A DNA stretch of 46,472 bases from Eledone cirrhosa (lineage: Eukaryota): NCBI GenBank assembly GCA_964016885.1, contig CAXHJY010000390.1, forward strand, positions 1 to 46,472, given 5' to 3'. Position numbers and translations under genes: made by a program. The stretch's first letter is position 1, and each line of letters opens with the position of its first letter. Under the pieces are notes generated by a model, which was not told where the DNA came from, made no database searches, and was given only the letters and a program-made list of their open reading frames with translations. Shown here in pieces: positions 1 through 13,000 of this stretch.

Positions 1-2185
1 ATACAGTCATGCTGTTATGTTGTTCAGTCTAGTGAGACAGTCATCGTCGAGTGAGACGAAGGCCCTCTCTACAAGCTCCATTGTCTGTCGTATAATAATA
101 GTCATGCTGTTATGTTGTTCAGACTAGTGAGACAGTCATCGTCGAGTGAGACGAAGGCCCTCTCTACAAGCTCCATTGTCTGTCGTATAATAATACAGTC
201 ATGCTGTTATGTTGTTCAGACTAGTGAGACAGTCATCGTCGAGTGAGACGAAGGCCCTCTCTACAAGCTCCATTGTCTGTCGTATAATAATACAGTCCTG
301 TTGTTCAGACTAGTGAGACAGTCATCGTCGAGTGAGACGAAGGCCCTCTCTACAAGCTCCATTGTCTGTCGTATAATAATACAGTCCTGTTGTTCAGACT
401 AGTGAGACAGTCATCGTCGAGTGAGACGAAGGCCCTCTCTACAAGCTCCATTGTCTGTCGTATAATAATACAGTCCTGTTGTTCTGTTGTTCAGACTAGT
501 GAAACAGTCATCGTCGAGTGAGACGAAGGCCCTCTCTACAAACTCCATTGTCTGTCGTATAATAATACAGTCATGCTGTTATGTTGTTCAGACTAGTGAG
601 ACAGTCATCGTCGAGTGAGACGAAGGCCCTCTCTACAAACTCCATTGTATGTCGTATAATAATACAGACCTGTTGTTCTGTTGTTCAGACTAGTGAGACA
701 GTCATCGTCGAGTGAGACGAAGGCCCTCTCTACAAGCTCCATTGTCTGTCGTATAATAATACAGTCCTGTTGTTCAGACTAGTGAGACAGTCATCGTCGA
801 GTGAGACGAAGGCCCTCTCTACAAGCTCCATTGTCTGTCGTATAATAATACAGACCTGTTGTTCTGTTGTTCAGACTAGTGAGACAGTCATCGTCGAGTG
901 AGACGAAGGCCCTCTCTACAAGCTCCATTGTCTGTCGTATAATAATACAGACCTGTTGTTCTGTTGTTCAGACTAGTGAGACAGTCATCGTCGAGTGAGA
1001 CGAAGGCCCTCTCTACAAGCTCCATTGTCTGTCGTATAATAATAGTCATCTTGTTCTGTTGTTCAGACTAGTGAGACAGTCATCGTCGAGTGAGACGAAG
1101 GCCCTCTCTACAAGCTCCATTGTCTGTCGTACAATAATACAGTCCTGTTGTTCTGTTGTTCAGACTAGTGAGACAGTCATCGTCGAGTGAGACGAAGGCC
1201 CTCTCTACAAGCTCCATTGTATGTCGTATAATAATACAGTCATCTTGTTCTGTTGTTCAGACTAGTGAGACAGTCATCGTCGAGTGAGACGAAGGCCCTC
1301 TCTACAAGCTCCATTGTATGTCGTATAATAATACAGTCATGTTGTTATGTTGTTCAGACTAGTGAGACAATCATCGTCGAGTGAGACGAAGGCCCTCTCT
1401 ACTAGCTCCATTGTATGTCGTATAATAATACAGTCATGTTGTTATGTTGTTCAGACTAGTGAGACAGTCATCGTCGAGTGAGACGAAGGCCCTCTCTACA
1501 AGCTCCATTGTCTGTCGTACAATAATACAGTCCTGTTATGTTGTTCAGACTAGTGAGACAGTCATCGTCGAGTGAGACGAAGGCCCTCTCTACAAGCTCC
1601 ATTGTCTGTCGTATAATAATACAGACCTGTTGTTCTGTTGTTCAGACTAGTGAGACAGTCATCGTCGAGTGAGACGAAGGCCCTCTCTACAAGCTCCATT
1701 GTCTGTCGTATAATAATAGTCATCTTGTTCTGTTGTTCAGACTAGTGAGACAGTCATCGTCGAGTGAGACGAAGGCCCTCTCTACAAGCTCCATTGTCTG
1801 TCGTATAATAATACAGTCCTGTTGTTCAGACTAGTGAGACAGTCATCGTCGAGTGAGACGAAGGCCCTCTCTACAAGCTCCATTGTCTGTCGTATAATAA
1901 TAGTCATCTTGTTCTGTTGTTCAGACTAGTGAGACAGTCATCGTCGAGTGAGACGAAGGCCCTCTCTACACGCTCCATTGTCTGTCGTATAATAATACAG
2001 TCATGCTGTTATGTTGTTCAGACTAGTGAGACAGTCATCGTCGAGTGAGACGAAGGCCCTCTCTACAAGCTCCATTGTATGTCGTATAATAATACAGTCA
2101 TGCTGTTATGTTGTTCAGACTAGTGAGGCAGTCATCGTCGAGTGAGACGAAGGCCCTCTCTACAAGCTCCATTGTATGTCCTATA
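1..2185. repeat. Tandem array of ~23 copies of an 89-97 bp unit (runs off the left edge)
   Basis: GAAGGCCCTCTCTAC recurs every 89-97 bp from ~58 to ~2149. Unit: ...ttgttcag ACTAGTGAGACAGTCATCGTCGAGTGAGACGAAGGCCCTCTCTACAAGCTCCATT gt(c/a)tgtcgtataataatacagtc... Confidence 0.97.
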
Positions 2186-2287
2186 ATCATTTATTATAAG
2201 AGAGATGATTACGTTAGTTTTTCAAACGATAATTAAATGTTAATTGCCAACATGTAATATAAGTGTTGGCTTAATGAAAATAGCGGC

Positions 2288-2448
2288 GTTCTTCTTTCTT
2301 TCTTTCTTTCTTTCTTTCTTTTATTTATTTCAATGTTTCTTTCATTCTTTTCTTTCTTTCGTTCTTCTTCTTTTCCTTCTTTCGTTCTTCTACTTCTGTT
2401 TCTTCTTCTTCTTCTTCTTCTTCTTTTTCTTTTTCTTTCTTTCTTTCT

Positions 2449-2532
<84 letters not shown>

Positions 2533-2710
2533 TTTTTCTTTCTTTCTTTCTTTCTTTCTTTCTTTTTTCTTCTTTTCTTCTTTTCTTCTTTTCTTCTTTT
2601 CTTCTTTTCTTCTTCTTTCCTTTTTTTCTATTCTTTCTTTATTTCTTTCCTTCTTTTCTTCTTTTGTTGTTCTTTTTCTTCGTCTTTTCGTTCTTTTTCT
2701 TCTTCTTCCC
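2288..2710. repeat. (TTTC)n/(TTC)n polypyrimidine microsatellite
   Basis: Direct inspection; it explains the K/E/R- and F/L/S-rich pseudo-ORFs. Confidence 0.97.
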
Positions 2711-3164
2711 ACTCTAATCCCCCCCCCCGTTACCCACACTCCCTCATCCTCCACTTCATCATCATCTTTCTTTTTCCTCCTCACTCTCCTACTGCGCCTT
2801 CTTCCTCTTCGTTTTCCAACGAGGATCCTACCAGAGGCCAATATTTCCAAATGACCCCTATGGCTCCCCAGGCTGGACCAACCGAGCTTAATGGTGTAGT
2901 CTTTCTATATCTCTCCTGGTTTATCTCTCTGTCTCCTGCTGGTTGGCTTTGCAGTACAATTTATCCAGTGTGTCTTCCCATTGCTATTCTGATCACATCT
3001 TCACAGTAGCAGAACTCTAATTATCCAAGGATTCGTGTGTGTGTTTATCGTCAGTGAGCTGCTGCTCAACATTATCAAACTTAGACCAATTACATCAATT
3101 GTCAAGTCAAGAGTACTTAAACTATATGGTAATATAAAAAATCAACTCCTAGTGTGAGTAGGTT

Positions 3165-4830
3165 ATGCCTGGAAGGAAGGTTGGCTGGTAAGAGAAGCAG
3201 AGGTCTGTAGCCAAAACTATGGCTTGATAATGTCAACCTATGGACTGGACTTGACCTTTGCTCTTTAAACTCTGCTGTTGGTGGTCGAAAGATATTATAT
3301 ATTCCTGGAAGGAAGGTTGGCTGGTCGGAGAAGCAGAGGCCGGCAGCCAAAACTATGGCTTGGTAATGTCAACTTATGGACTGGACTTGACCTTTGCTCT
3401 TTAAACTCTGCTGTTGGTGGTCGAAAGATATTATATATTTCTGGAAGGAAGGTTGGCTGGTAAAAGAAGCAGAGGTCGGCAGCCAGAACTATGGCTTGAT
3501 AATGTCAACTTATGGACTGGACTTGACCTTTGCTCTTTAAACTCTGCTGTTGGTTGTCGGAAGATATTATATATTCCTGGAAGGAAGGTTGGCTGGTAAA
3601 AGAAGCAGAGGTCGGCAGCCAGAACTATGGCTTGATAATGTCAACTTATGGACTGGACTTGACCTTTGCTCTTTAAACTCTGCTGTTGGTGGTCGAAAGA
3701 TATTATATATTCCTGGAAGGAAGGTTGGCTGGTCGGAGAAGCAGAGGCCGGCAGCCAAAACTATGGCTTGGTAATGTCAACTTATGGACTGGACTTGACC
3801 ATTGCTCTTTAAACTCTGCTGTTGGTGGTCGAAAGATATTATATATTTCTGGAAGGAAGGTTGGCTGGTAAAAGAAGCAGAGGTCGGCAGCCAGAACTAT
3901 GGCTTGATAATGTCAACTTATGGACTGGACTTGACCTTTGCTCTTTAAACTCTGCTGTTGGTGGTCGGAAGATATTATATATTCCTGGAAGGAAGGTTGG
4001 CTGGTAAAAGAAGCAGAGGTCGGCAGCCAGAACTATGGCTTGATAATGTCAACTTATGGACTGGACTTGACCTTTGCTCTTTAAACTCTGCTGTTGGTGA
4101 TCGAACGATATTATATATTTCTGGAAGGAAGGTTGGCTGGTAAGAGAAGCAGAGGCCGGCAGCCAAAACTATGGCTTGATAATGTCAACTTATGGACTGG
4201 ACGTGATATTTGCTCTTTAAATTCTGCTGTTGGTGATCGAAAGATATTATATATTCCTGGAAGGAAGGTTGGCTGGTAGGAGAAGCAGAGGCCGGCAGCC
4301 AGAACTATGGCTTGATAATGTCAACTTATGGACTGGACGTGATCTTTGCTCTTTAAACTCTGCTGTTGGTGATCGAAAGATATTATATATTTCTGGAAGG
4401 AAGGTTGGCTGGTTAGAGAATCAGAGGCCGGCAGCCAAAACTATGGCTTGATAATGTCAACTTATGGACTGGACGTGATCTTTGCTCTTTAAATTCTGCT
4501 GTTGGTGATCGAAAGATATTATATATTCCTGGAAGGAAGGTTGGCTGGTAAGAGAAGCAGAGGCCGGCAGCCAGAACTATGGCTTGATAATGTCAACTTA
4601 TGGACTGGACGTGATCTTTGCTCTTTAAACTCTGCTGTTGGTGATCGAAAGATATTATATATTCCTGGAAGGAAGGTTGGCTGGTAAGAGAATCAGAGGC
4701 CGGCAGCCAAAACTATGGCTTGATAATGTCAACTTATGGACTGGACGTGATCTTTGCTCTTTAAACTCTGCTGTTGGTGATCGAAAGATATTATATATTT
4801 CTGGAAGGAAGGTTGGCTGGTAGGAGAAGC
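3165..4830 (+). repeat. Tandem array (~12 x 136 bp) derived from the 3' end of an RTE-clade LINE ORF
   Basis: ORFs recur at exact 136-bp spacing (3278, 3414, 3550...). The translation YIFLEGRLAGKRSRGRQPELWLDNVNLWTGLDLCSLNSAVGDR matches the RTE C-terminal motif (I.EG.+.GKR.RGR....W.DN+..WTG.....L...A.DR). Confidence 0.88.
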
Positions 4831-4831
4831 A

Positions 4832-5110
4832 GGGTCGATAAAATAAAGTACCAGTAATACACTGGATAATTTGCTGGCATTGTGCCTAACGTAGAAACAA
4901 TTATTAAAGGCGGTGGATTGGAAGTATTGATAGAGGGTCGGACGCCATGCTTTGCACCATAGAGTTACGGCCCTGTTTAAATACCGCCGAGGTTAACTTT
5001 GCCTTTCATCTTTGCGGGGTCGATAAAATAAAGTACCAGTCACGCACTGGTGTCGCTTTAATCGACTTTCCCCTCCCACCAATGGCTGGCCTTGTGCTTA
5101 TATAAGAAAC
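4832..5110 (+). mobile_element. tRNA-derived SINE (Meta-domain-like): 3' half copy followed by a near full-length copy
   Basis: GGCGGTGGATTGGAAGTATTG head, then CGAGGTTAACTTTGCCTTTCATC..GGGGTCGATAAAATAAAGTACCAGT body, then GCTGGCCTTGTGC tail; same family as 34624-34820. Confidence 0.8.
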
Positions 5111-5515
5111 CACCTTTCTCTCCGGCCAACAACTGATTCTTTTTTTCAAATACCACTTTGGAAGAAGTATCAGGATGGAGAGAGAGGTGCTGTACCCCAG
5201 CAAGTTTTATGAAAGGTGGGTGAAAGTGGCGAGAATGGCCCGAGTGAATGGGCCTTCTCTCTATATCAGCCTGTAGGTTGAGGAAAAGGAGGAGTAGAGG
5301 AAAGGAGTACAAACTCTTCGTACTCCTGGAGATGAGGGTTGCACATTTTTTCGGGGGTATGTGTAAATCATATGAACTGTCTCCCCCTATTGGGGAAAAT
5401 CGACTAATTTTTAAATTGCATTTGTGATAATATTTTACACGATTTTATTGTATGTAAACTTCCCCCTTTGTATTTGTCCCCTTCTTTTGTGCCCCTGTGG
5501 CTAATAAAGAAACAT
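5110..5515 (+). mobile_element. L1/Tx1-like LINE 3' fragment (ORF2 end + 3'UTR)
   Basis: Closely matches 39282-39685 and the reverse complement of 12388-12770. Ends GTGCCCCTGTGGCTAATAAAGAAA next to a (TA)n tract. Confidence 0.85.
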
Positions 5516-5524
5516 ATATATCTA

Positions 5525-5854
<330 letters not shown>

Positions 5855-5895
5855 ATACCTCATTACACAATGCTTCAAGTGAACTATAACCTCCT

Positions 5896-5975
<80 letters not shown>

Positions 5976-6485
5976 GCCGAGTATCCACGCAGTACCTCTT
6001 TTCTAAAGTGCACGGACAGTGCACCAGTTAATCCGAAATCGAGTATAGTAAAGGAGACACACGTTTTACCACACACTGAGACAGAAACCTGATGCTACAG
6101 GATTAGATAACGATCTTCCTACGCAGCCATCACTTCCTGTATTACTCAATACACTGGATAAACGAAACTAAATAGATATATATTTTCCACTTTAATTTCC
6201 CCTACAGAATGCTGCAAGACGAGTCAGTAATTTGCTAGAAATTTTAAGAACAATAAGACATTGTTTAAGCTGATGTTTCAATTAAAATTAAATAATTATT
6301 TTCTTACACGGTTGGTTAACATTCATTTATTAATTGTCGTGCGATATAATTAGAAAAGGTCGTTGAATTTTGTGGATCGCGTATCTCTCTCTCTCTCTCT
6401 CTCTCTCTGTACGTGTGTGTGTGTGTGTATGTATATGTATGTATGTATATGTATGTATATGTATGTATATATATGTATATATATG

Positions 6486-6516
<31 letters not shown>

Positions 6517-6552
6517 TTATGTATATATATATGTATGTATGTATATATATAA

Positions 6553-6584
<32 letters not shown>

Positions 6585-6659
6585 GTATATATATAAATAT
6601 ATATATGTATGTATATATATAAATATATATATGTATGTATATATATAAATATATATATG

Positions 6660-6695
<36 letters not shown>

Positions 6696-6728
6696 AATAT
6701 ATATATGTATATATATAAATAATAATTA

Positions 6729-6798
<70 letters not shown>

Positions 6799-6839
6799 AA
6801 ATAAATCAGTAAAATGTTTAAAATTTGGCTTCGTTTATT

Positions 6840-6894
6840 ACTGCTATATATATTTCGGTGACAGCCATCTTTGGCTGTGACCTCTTCAGGCAGT
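6840..6894 (-). ncRNA. Type I hammerhead ribozyme (family B)
   Basis: Minus strand: ACUGC-CUGAAGA-GGUCACAGCCA aaga UGGCUGUCACC-GAAA-UAUAUA-UA-GCAGU. Stem I 5 bp, stem II 10 bp plus a C.C mismatch, palindromic stem III, AUA triplet. Confidence 0.9.
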
Positions 6895-7432
6895 CCGAAT
6901 TAGTGTGGTATAGACAAGTACACATGTTGTTGAGGTGTTTAACTTTGTCAATACTCTGATATGCCCAGTTCCTGGTTGGGTTGTTATTTTACTGAGGAAC
7001 TGGAACCATATGCATTTAAACAAACGAATTTCAGCGTCAAAGGGCCTCTTCTCCTCTCATTGGTCAGTTGTGAGAACATTCCTCAGTCAAAAGTCTATAG
7101 AAATTCGTTCTGAGACAAGCCAATCTGTAGTGATTGTCCTTGTTATTGTTAGGTACATCTGACCTCTATTCTTATGTTGGTAGTGGTGTTGTTGTTGGAG
7201 TCAGCTCAAAGAAATGATAAAGTGGTAGCAGGAATAAGATGGTAAAATAATCAAATAAAATGTGTGTGTTATACCCATCTCAATGTTATAAATATTTGTA
7301 AGGTCACTCTTCGCATTGGTCAGATTTGAGAGCATTCCTCAGTCCAAATCTATAGAAATTATTTCTGGGCTGAGGTTCCCTGTAGTGTTTGTGTTTGCTA
7401 TTGTTAAGTACATCTTACCTCTACCCTTATTT

Positions 7433-7494
<62 letters not shown>

Positions 7495-7517
7495 CGTGCA
7501 TATATATATATATATAC

Positions 7518-7558
<41 letters not shown>

Positions 7559-7634
7559 CATGTATGTATATATATATATATGTATATACATATATATATA
7601 TATGTGTATTTATATATTATATATATATATACTA

Positions 7635-8241
7635 TGTCAGGTCACCAGTTGGTGCTATTGGTAACATGTATCCCAGTACAACCTGTCTCATGGTCGGGTC
7701 GTTGGCGACTAAACTGGCAACCCCACCAAGGTTTCTTGGTGAGGAGGGTGGCTTTGGACATCCTGCAGGACTAAAAACAAAACCTGTCAAAAGGCAAAGG
7801 GGCTCTTAAGAGTCAATAGCCATCCAAAATCACTGGGAGAGATGACTCCTTAGCCTTTGTCAAGGCAGAATTCTAGGAGAAGGAAAACTCTGATATAACA
7901 CCTGCAACCCTGATGGTATCCAATGATGTTGAATTGATCTTCTTTTTGGTAAATACCATCTTGGTTAAGAGAGTGGGACTGACTTTGTGCAGTGCCTTTG
8001 CTCACTAGAAAAGCTTCACAGCACAGGCATTGATTTATATCTGGAGATCTCTCTGCACTTGTCGTCACATGGTACCGAGGGCCCAGCACTATGTGTCAAT
8101 AATTGTCACAAGTGTAGTGTTTGTACCAGAGTTTTCAAGTCGCTGGCTGGACTAAAAAGTAACACTCGTTCAGCGCATTGGTAGGGGTTCTCCTACATGG
8201 ATATAAAGTAGTGGCCGTACTCGAAAACGAGTTGGCAGCCA

Positions 8242-8243
<2 letters not shown>
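7635..8243 (+). mobile_element. Short RTE-type element: putative 5' region plus decayed 3' ORF end with a C2H2-like finger
   Basis: 7842-8243 is the reverse complement of 30680-31082. Encodes WRSLC... and [24 protein letters not shown] (C-terminal zinc finger typical of RTE/BovB ORFs). Ends GGCAGCCACC + (TA)n. Confidence 0.7.
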
Positions 8244-8299
<56 letters not shown>

Positions 8300-8322
8300 A
8301 TATATATATATATGTATATATA

Positions 8323-8367
<45 letters not shown>

Positions 8368-8612
8368 CTGTATATATATATATATATATGTATATATATC
8401 TGTATATATATATATATATATGTATATATATCTGTATATATATATATATATATGTATATATATCTGTATATATATATATATATATGTATATATATCTGTA
8501 TATATATATATATATGTATATTTATCTGTATATATATATATATGTATATATATCTGTATATATATGTATATATATATATATGTATATATATCTGTATATA
8601 TATGTATATATA

Positions 8613-8659
<47 letters not shown>

Positions 8660-8720
8660 GTATATGTATATATATCTGTATATGTATATATATCTGTATA
8701 TGTATATATATCTGTATATG

Positions 8721-8782
<62 letters not shown>

Positions 8783-8790
8783 TGTATATG

Positions 8791-8833
<43 letters not shown>

Positions 8834-8896
8834 GTATATATATCTGTATATATATATATATATGTATATATATATCTGTATATATATATATATCTG

Positions 8897-8929
<33 letters not shown>

Positions 8930-8966
8930 GTATATATATATCTGTATATATATATATATCTGTATA

Positions 8967-9021
<55 letters not shown>

Positions 9022-9037
9022 GTGTATATATGTATAC
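8244..9037. repeat. (TA)n microsatellite with TCTG/TG interruptions
   Basis: Direct inspection. Confidence 0.97.
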
Positions 9038-9087
9038 CCATTTTAAAAGGGTACGTCAAAGCTTATTTGTAAAACTGTTATATATTC

Positions 9088-9152
9088 TATTTTGTCTGAT
9101 GAAGGCATACCATAATTTAATTTGGTATCCCTGAAATATTTATAATTAAATA
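9088..9152 (+). ncRNA. Type I hammerhead ribozyme (family A; stems I/III partly eroded)
   Basis: UAUUUUGU-CUGAUGA-AGGCAUACCA..UGGUAUCCCU-GAAA-UAUUUA-UA-AUUAAAUA. Confidence 0.75.
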
Positions 9153-9192
9153 AATATGGTTTTATAAATATAGTTTCCATTTATTAATGTCG

Positions 9193-9226
<34 letters not shown>

Positions 9227-9278
9227 TGTATGTATATACAATATTAAATAAATGAAACTATATTTATAAAACCATATT

Positions 9279-9344
9279 TATTTCACTATATATATTTCAG
9301 GGATATCATATTAACAATATGCTATGCCTTCCTCAGACAAAATA
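9279..9344 (-). ncRNA. Type I hammerhead ribozyme (family A)
   Basis: Minus: UAUUUUGU-CUGAGGA-AGGCAUAGCAUAUU..AAUAUGAUAUCCCU-GAAA-UAUAUA-UA-GUGAAAUA. Confidence 0.8.
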
Positions 9345-9457
9345 CAATATAAACAGTTTTATAGATAAATAGATTCGACATACCGTAACAACATCGACTT
9401 GTATTTGAAAAAAGGTTGATTTGGTAGAAATTTGCGAAATTTCTTGGTAGAAATTTG

Positions 9458-10207
<750 letters not shown>

Positions 10208-10745
10208 TGTGACATCTAACTTTGTGAAGATATATTGATATCGGATAAAACGGAATAGAAACCAACTCATGTGATACGATTATAGTATTAGAGAGGTGTG
10301 TAGATATAGGTGTCATATTGGCGATGATTATGGCTGGGTTGTATTTACATAAATGTTTAATGTTATATACTTGTTATGGTAACGTTAATGATCATGTTTT
10401 GCATTCGTGAAAAGGTGTTTTCTAGCCAAAATAAACAGAAAGAAGCCAAGAAAGAAACGAAAAGGGAAGATAGCGAAGTGAGGCAAATGTTTAAGTCAGG
10501 TAATAGAATAGGTTAGGTTGGATAACAAATTGACTGTTTTAATGTTTCATGTAGAATGAAAGATTAATTAGAAATGGGCGGTTGTCCTTTTGATTATGTG
10601 TTGTGTTTACATTGGCCATGTGAGTAGGTTGGTAAGGACTGTTAGTGGACTAGACAGATAGAGCGGTAGATAGATCGATGGAGAGATATATGCATATATA
10701 GATGGAAATAGAGGTAGAGAGAGAGTTGGAGAGCGGAAATGGATG

Positions 10746-10792
<47 letters not shown>

Positions 10793-10796
<4 letters not shown>

Positions 10797-10945
10797 AACA
10801 AGTATGACCCCGACGGCAGAGCTCAAGCCGTTTCGACGGCTATTTCTAGACAAGTCTAGAAATAATTATTACCCACTCTACTACACTAAGTATTGAGCTC
10901 TTTGGTGCGTTATGGTCCATCCGGTTCCTTACCACATTTCCTTCG

Positions 10946-10948
<3 letters not shown>
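10793..10948. mobile_element. Family-D short element (rearranged copy; contains a GAAAC half-hammerhead and a hairpin)
   Basis: Shares two blocks with 24806-24978, one in the same and one in the opposite orientation. Hairpin TATTTCTAGAC-aa-GTCTAGAAATA. Confidence 0.7.
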
Positions 10949-11025
<77 letters not shown>

Positions 11026-11171
11026 ATATAAAGGAGTAGATAGATAGATAGATAGATAGATGCAGAGAGACAGAGAGGAGGAACTAGTTGTCAGATATAT
11101 ATATAGAGATATATAGAGGGGTAGAGAGATAGATAGATAGATAGAGAGATATATTAAACTAGATAGATACA

Positions 11172-11482
11172 TTTCTTTATTAGCAACAGGGGCACAAAAT
11201 AAGGGGACAAATACAAATGGGGTGTTTACATACAGGTATATGAAAATAAACTATTAATAAAACAACAAATAACAATTGATATCCCCAATAGGGGGGAGGC
11301 GTTACACATGGGTTGTACACACCCCGAAAACATGTACAGCCCTCAACTCCAGGAGCACCAAGAGTGAGTACTCCTTTCCTCTCTTCCCTCAACCTACAGG
11401 CTGATATAGAGAGAAGGCCCATTCGCTCGGGCCATTCTCGCCACTTTCACCACCCTTTCAAAAAACTTGCTGGGGTACAGCA
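11172..11482 (-). mobile_element. L1/Tx1-like LINE 3' fragment
   Basis: Reverse complement of the ...GAAAGG..GGTGAAAGTGGCGAGAATGGCCCGAG...GTGCCCCTGTTGCTAATAAAGAAA 3' end; next to (GATA)n. Confidence 0.8.
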
Positions 11483-11499
11483 AGAAATATAGATAGATA

Positions 11500-12170
11500 A
11501 CTTTCTTTTTATTTGCCACCAGGGCATCAAAAAGTGGGACAAGTACAATGGGGGGTGTTTACATAACAAGGCGACCTCAATAAGGAGGAGGCAATAACAA
11601 AGTATAAGAATAATATATAACAAAATCCTCAATAGAGAGGAGGCGCCTTGGGGGGTTGCACACACCCCCGAAAAAAAGTGTGCAACCCTTCTCCTCTGGA
11701 GCACAGAGAGAGGGTGATCCCTTGGTCTTTCATCTTCCTCACCTATAGTTTGATGTAGAGTGAAGGCCCATTCACACGGGCCATTCTCGCCACTTTCACC
11801 CATCTTTCATAAAAACGACTGGGGTGCAGCACCTCTCTCTCCATCCTGATCCTTCTTCCGAAATGATATCGGAAGAAACGGACCAGAGAGAAAGGTGTCT
11901 GACCTCAGTCCTTTCAGACGCGTCCACCATACAACCTCTTTCGCCATGGCAATTACGCAGAGAAACACCGCCTCTCCTTCGTTTTTGAAGAGGGGAGGCG
12001 GCTTGATCATTACAATAGACTCGGTGGTCAACCGGATCGGTCCCACCCTTGACAACAGTTGATCGGCAATACCCGAGCAGTGTACCAATGCGTGTGCAAC
12101 GGTTTCTTCGTCGCACACGCATCTGGGACAGATCTTTTTCGAGGGGTCCCTACCCGGGCGCCCGTGTCTG
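11500..12170 (-). mobile_element. L1/Tx1-like LINE 3' fragment with ORF2 C-terminal CCHC zinc knuckle (diverged subfamily)
   Basis: ORF 11807-12277 gives CPRCVCDEETVAHALVHC...EGEAVFLCVIAMAKEVVWWTRLK (Cx2C..H..C knuckle followed by the W..R motif of L1/Tx1 ORF2). Confidence 0.85.
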
Positions 12171-12232
12171 TGTATATATATATATATATACACACATGTG
12201 TATACGTGTGTTAGTCTATATATATATATATG

Positions 12233-13000
12233 TATATATCCCCAGTTCACCAATCCGCATTTTACCACACTATACAATGCTAACCTTATCTTTAAACCTC
12301 AACATCACACTAATTACTATATCAAATATTGAAATTATCACAACACTCACCTCCAAATATTATAGAAATTTATCAATATATAGATATATTTCTTTATTAG
12401 CCACAGGGGCACAAAAGAAGGGGATACATACAAAGGGGGAAGTTTACATACAATAAAAACGTGTAAAATGTTATCACAAATGGAATTTAAAAAGTTAATG
12501 GATTTTCCCCAATAGAGGGAGACAGTTTATATGGGTAACACATACCCCCGAAAAAAATGTGCAACCCTCATCTCCAGGAGTACAAAGAGTTTGTACTCCT
12601 TTCCTCTCCTCCTTCTTTTCCTCAACCTACAGGCTGATATAGAGAGAAGGCCCATTCACTTGGGCCATTCCCGCCACTTTCACCCACCTTTCATAAAACT
12701 TGCTGGGGTACAGCACCTCTCTCTCCATCCTGATTCTTCTTCCAAAGTGGTATTTGAAAAAAAGAATCAATATATATATAGATAGATAGATAGGGAAAGA
12801 GTGAGAAAGAGACCAGACCAGGTGTGCAATACGATAGTTTCTAAATGAGGACTATATATTGATCAATTTCTATAATATTTGGAGGTGAGTGTTGTGATAA
12901 TTTCAATATTTGATATAGTAATTAGTGTGATGTTGAGGTTTAAAGATAAGGTTAGCATTGTATAGTGTGGTAAAATGCGGATTGGTGAACTGGGGATATA
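12233..13000. repeat. ~148-bp inverted repeat pair (12233-12380 / 12855-13000) bracketing a Tx1 fragment
   Basis: TATATCCCCAGTTCACCAATCCGC...CCAAATATTATAGAAATT and its reverse complement. Confidence 0.92.
12388..12770 (-). mobile_element. L1/Tx1-like LINE 3' fragment
   Basis: Closely matches the reverse complement of 5135-5512. Confidence 0.85.

Larger units (their letters stand above)
9040..9425. mobile_element. Two family-A Penelope-pLTR/retrozyme-like copies in convergent orientation (+ 9040-9192, - 9238-9425) around a (TA)n tract
   Basis: Shared AAATAAATATGGTTTTATAAATATAGTTTCCATTT block and one hammerhead per copy. Confidence 0.8.

Noticed and set aside
1-2185. CRISPR array, or hammerhead in the 95-bp unit (CUAGUGA-GAC..GUC-GAGU)
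   Set aside because: No unique spacers and a eukaryotic context; the hammerhead core is wrong at four essential positions and there is no stem I
2233-2854. Lys/Arg/Glu-rich or Phe/Leu-rich ORFs
   Set aside because: (TTTC)n microsatellite artefact
3278-4823. Cluster of 61-aa small genes
   Set aside because: 136-bp (non-triplet) tandem copies of a LINE fragment with TTG pseudo-starts
6001-6050. GGA..UCC-GAAAUCGAGUA hammerhead-like 3' half
   Set aside because: No CUGANGA core or stem I upstream
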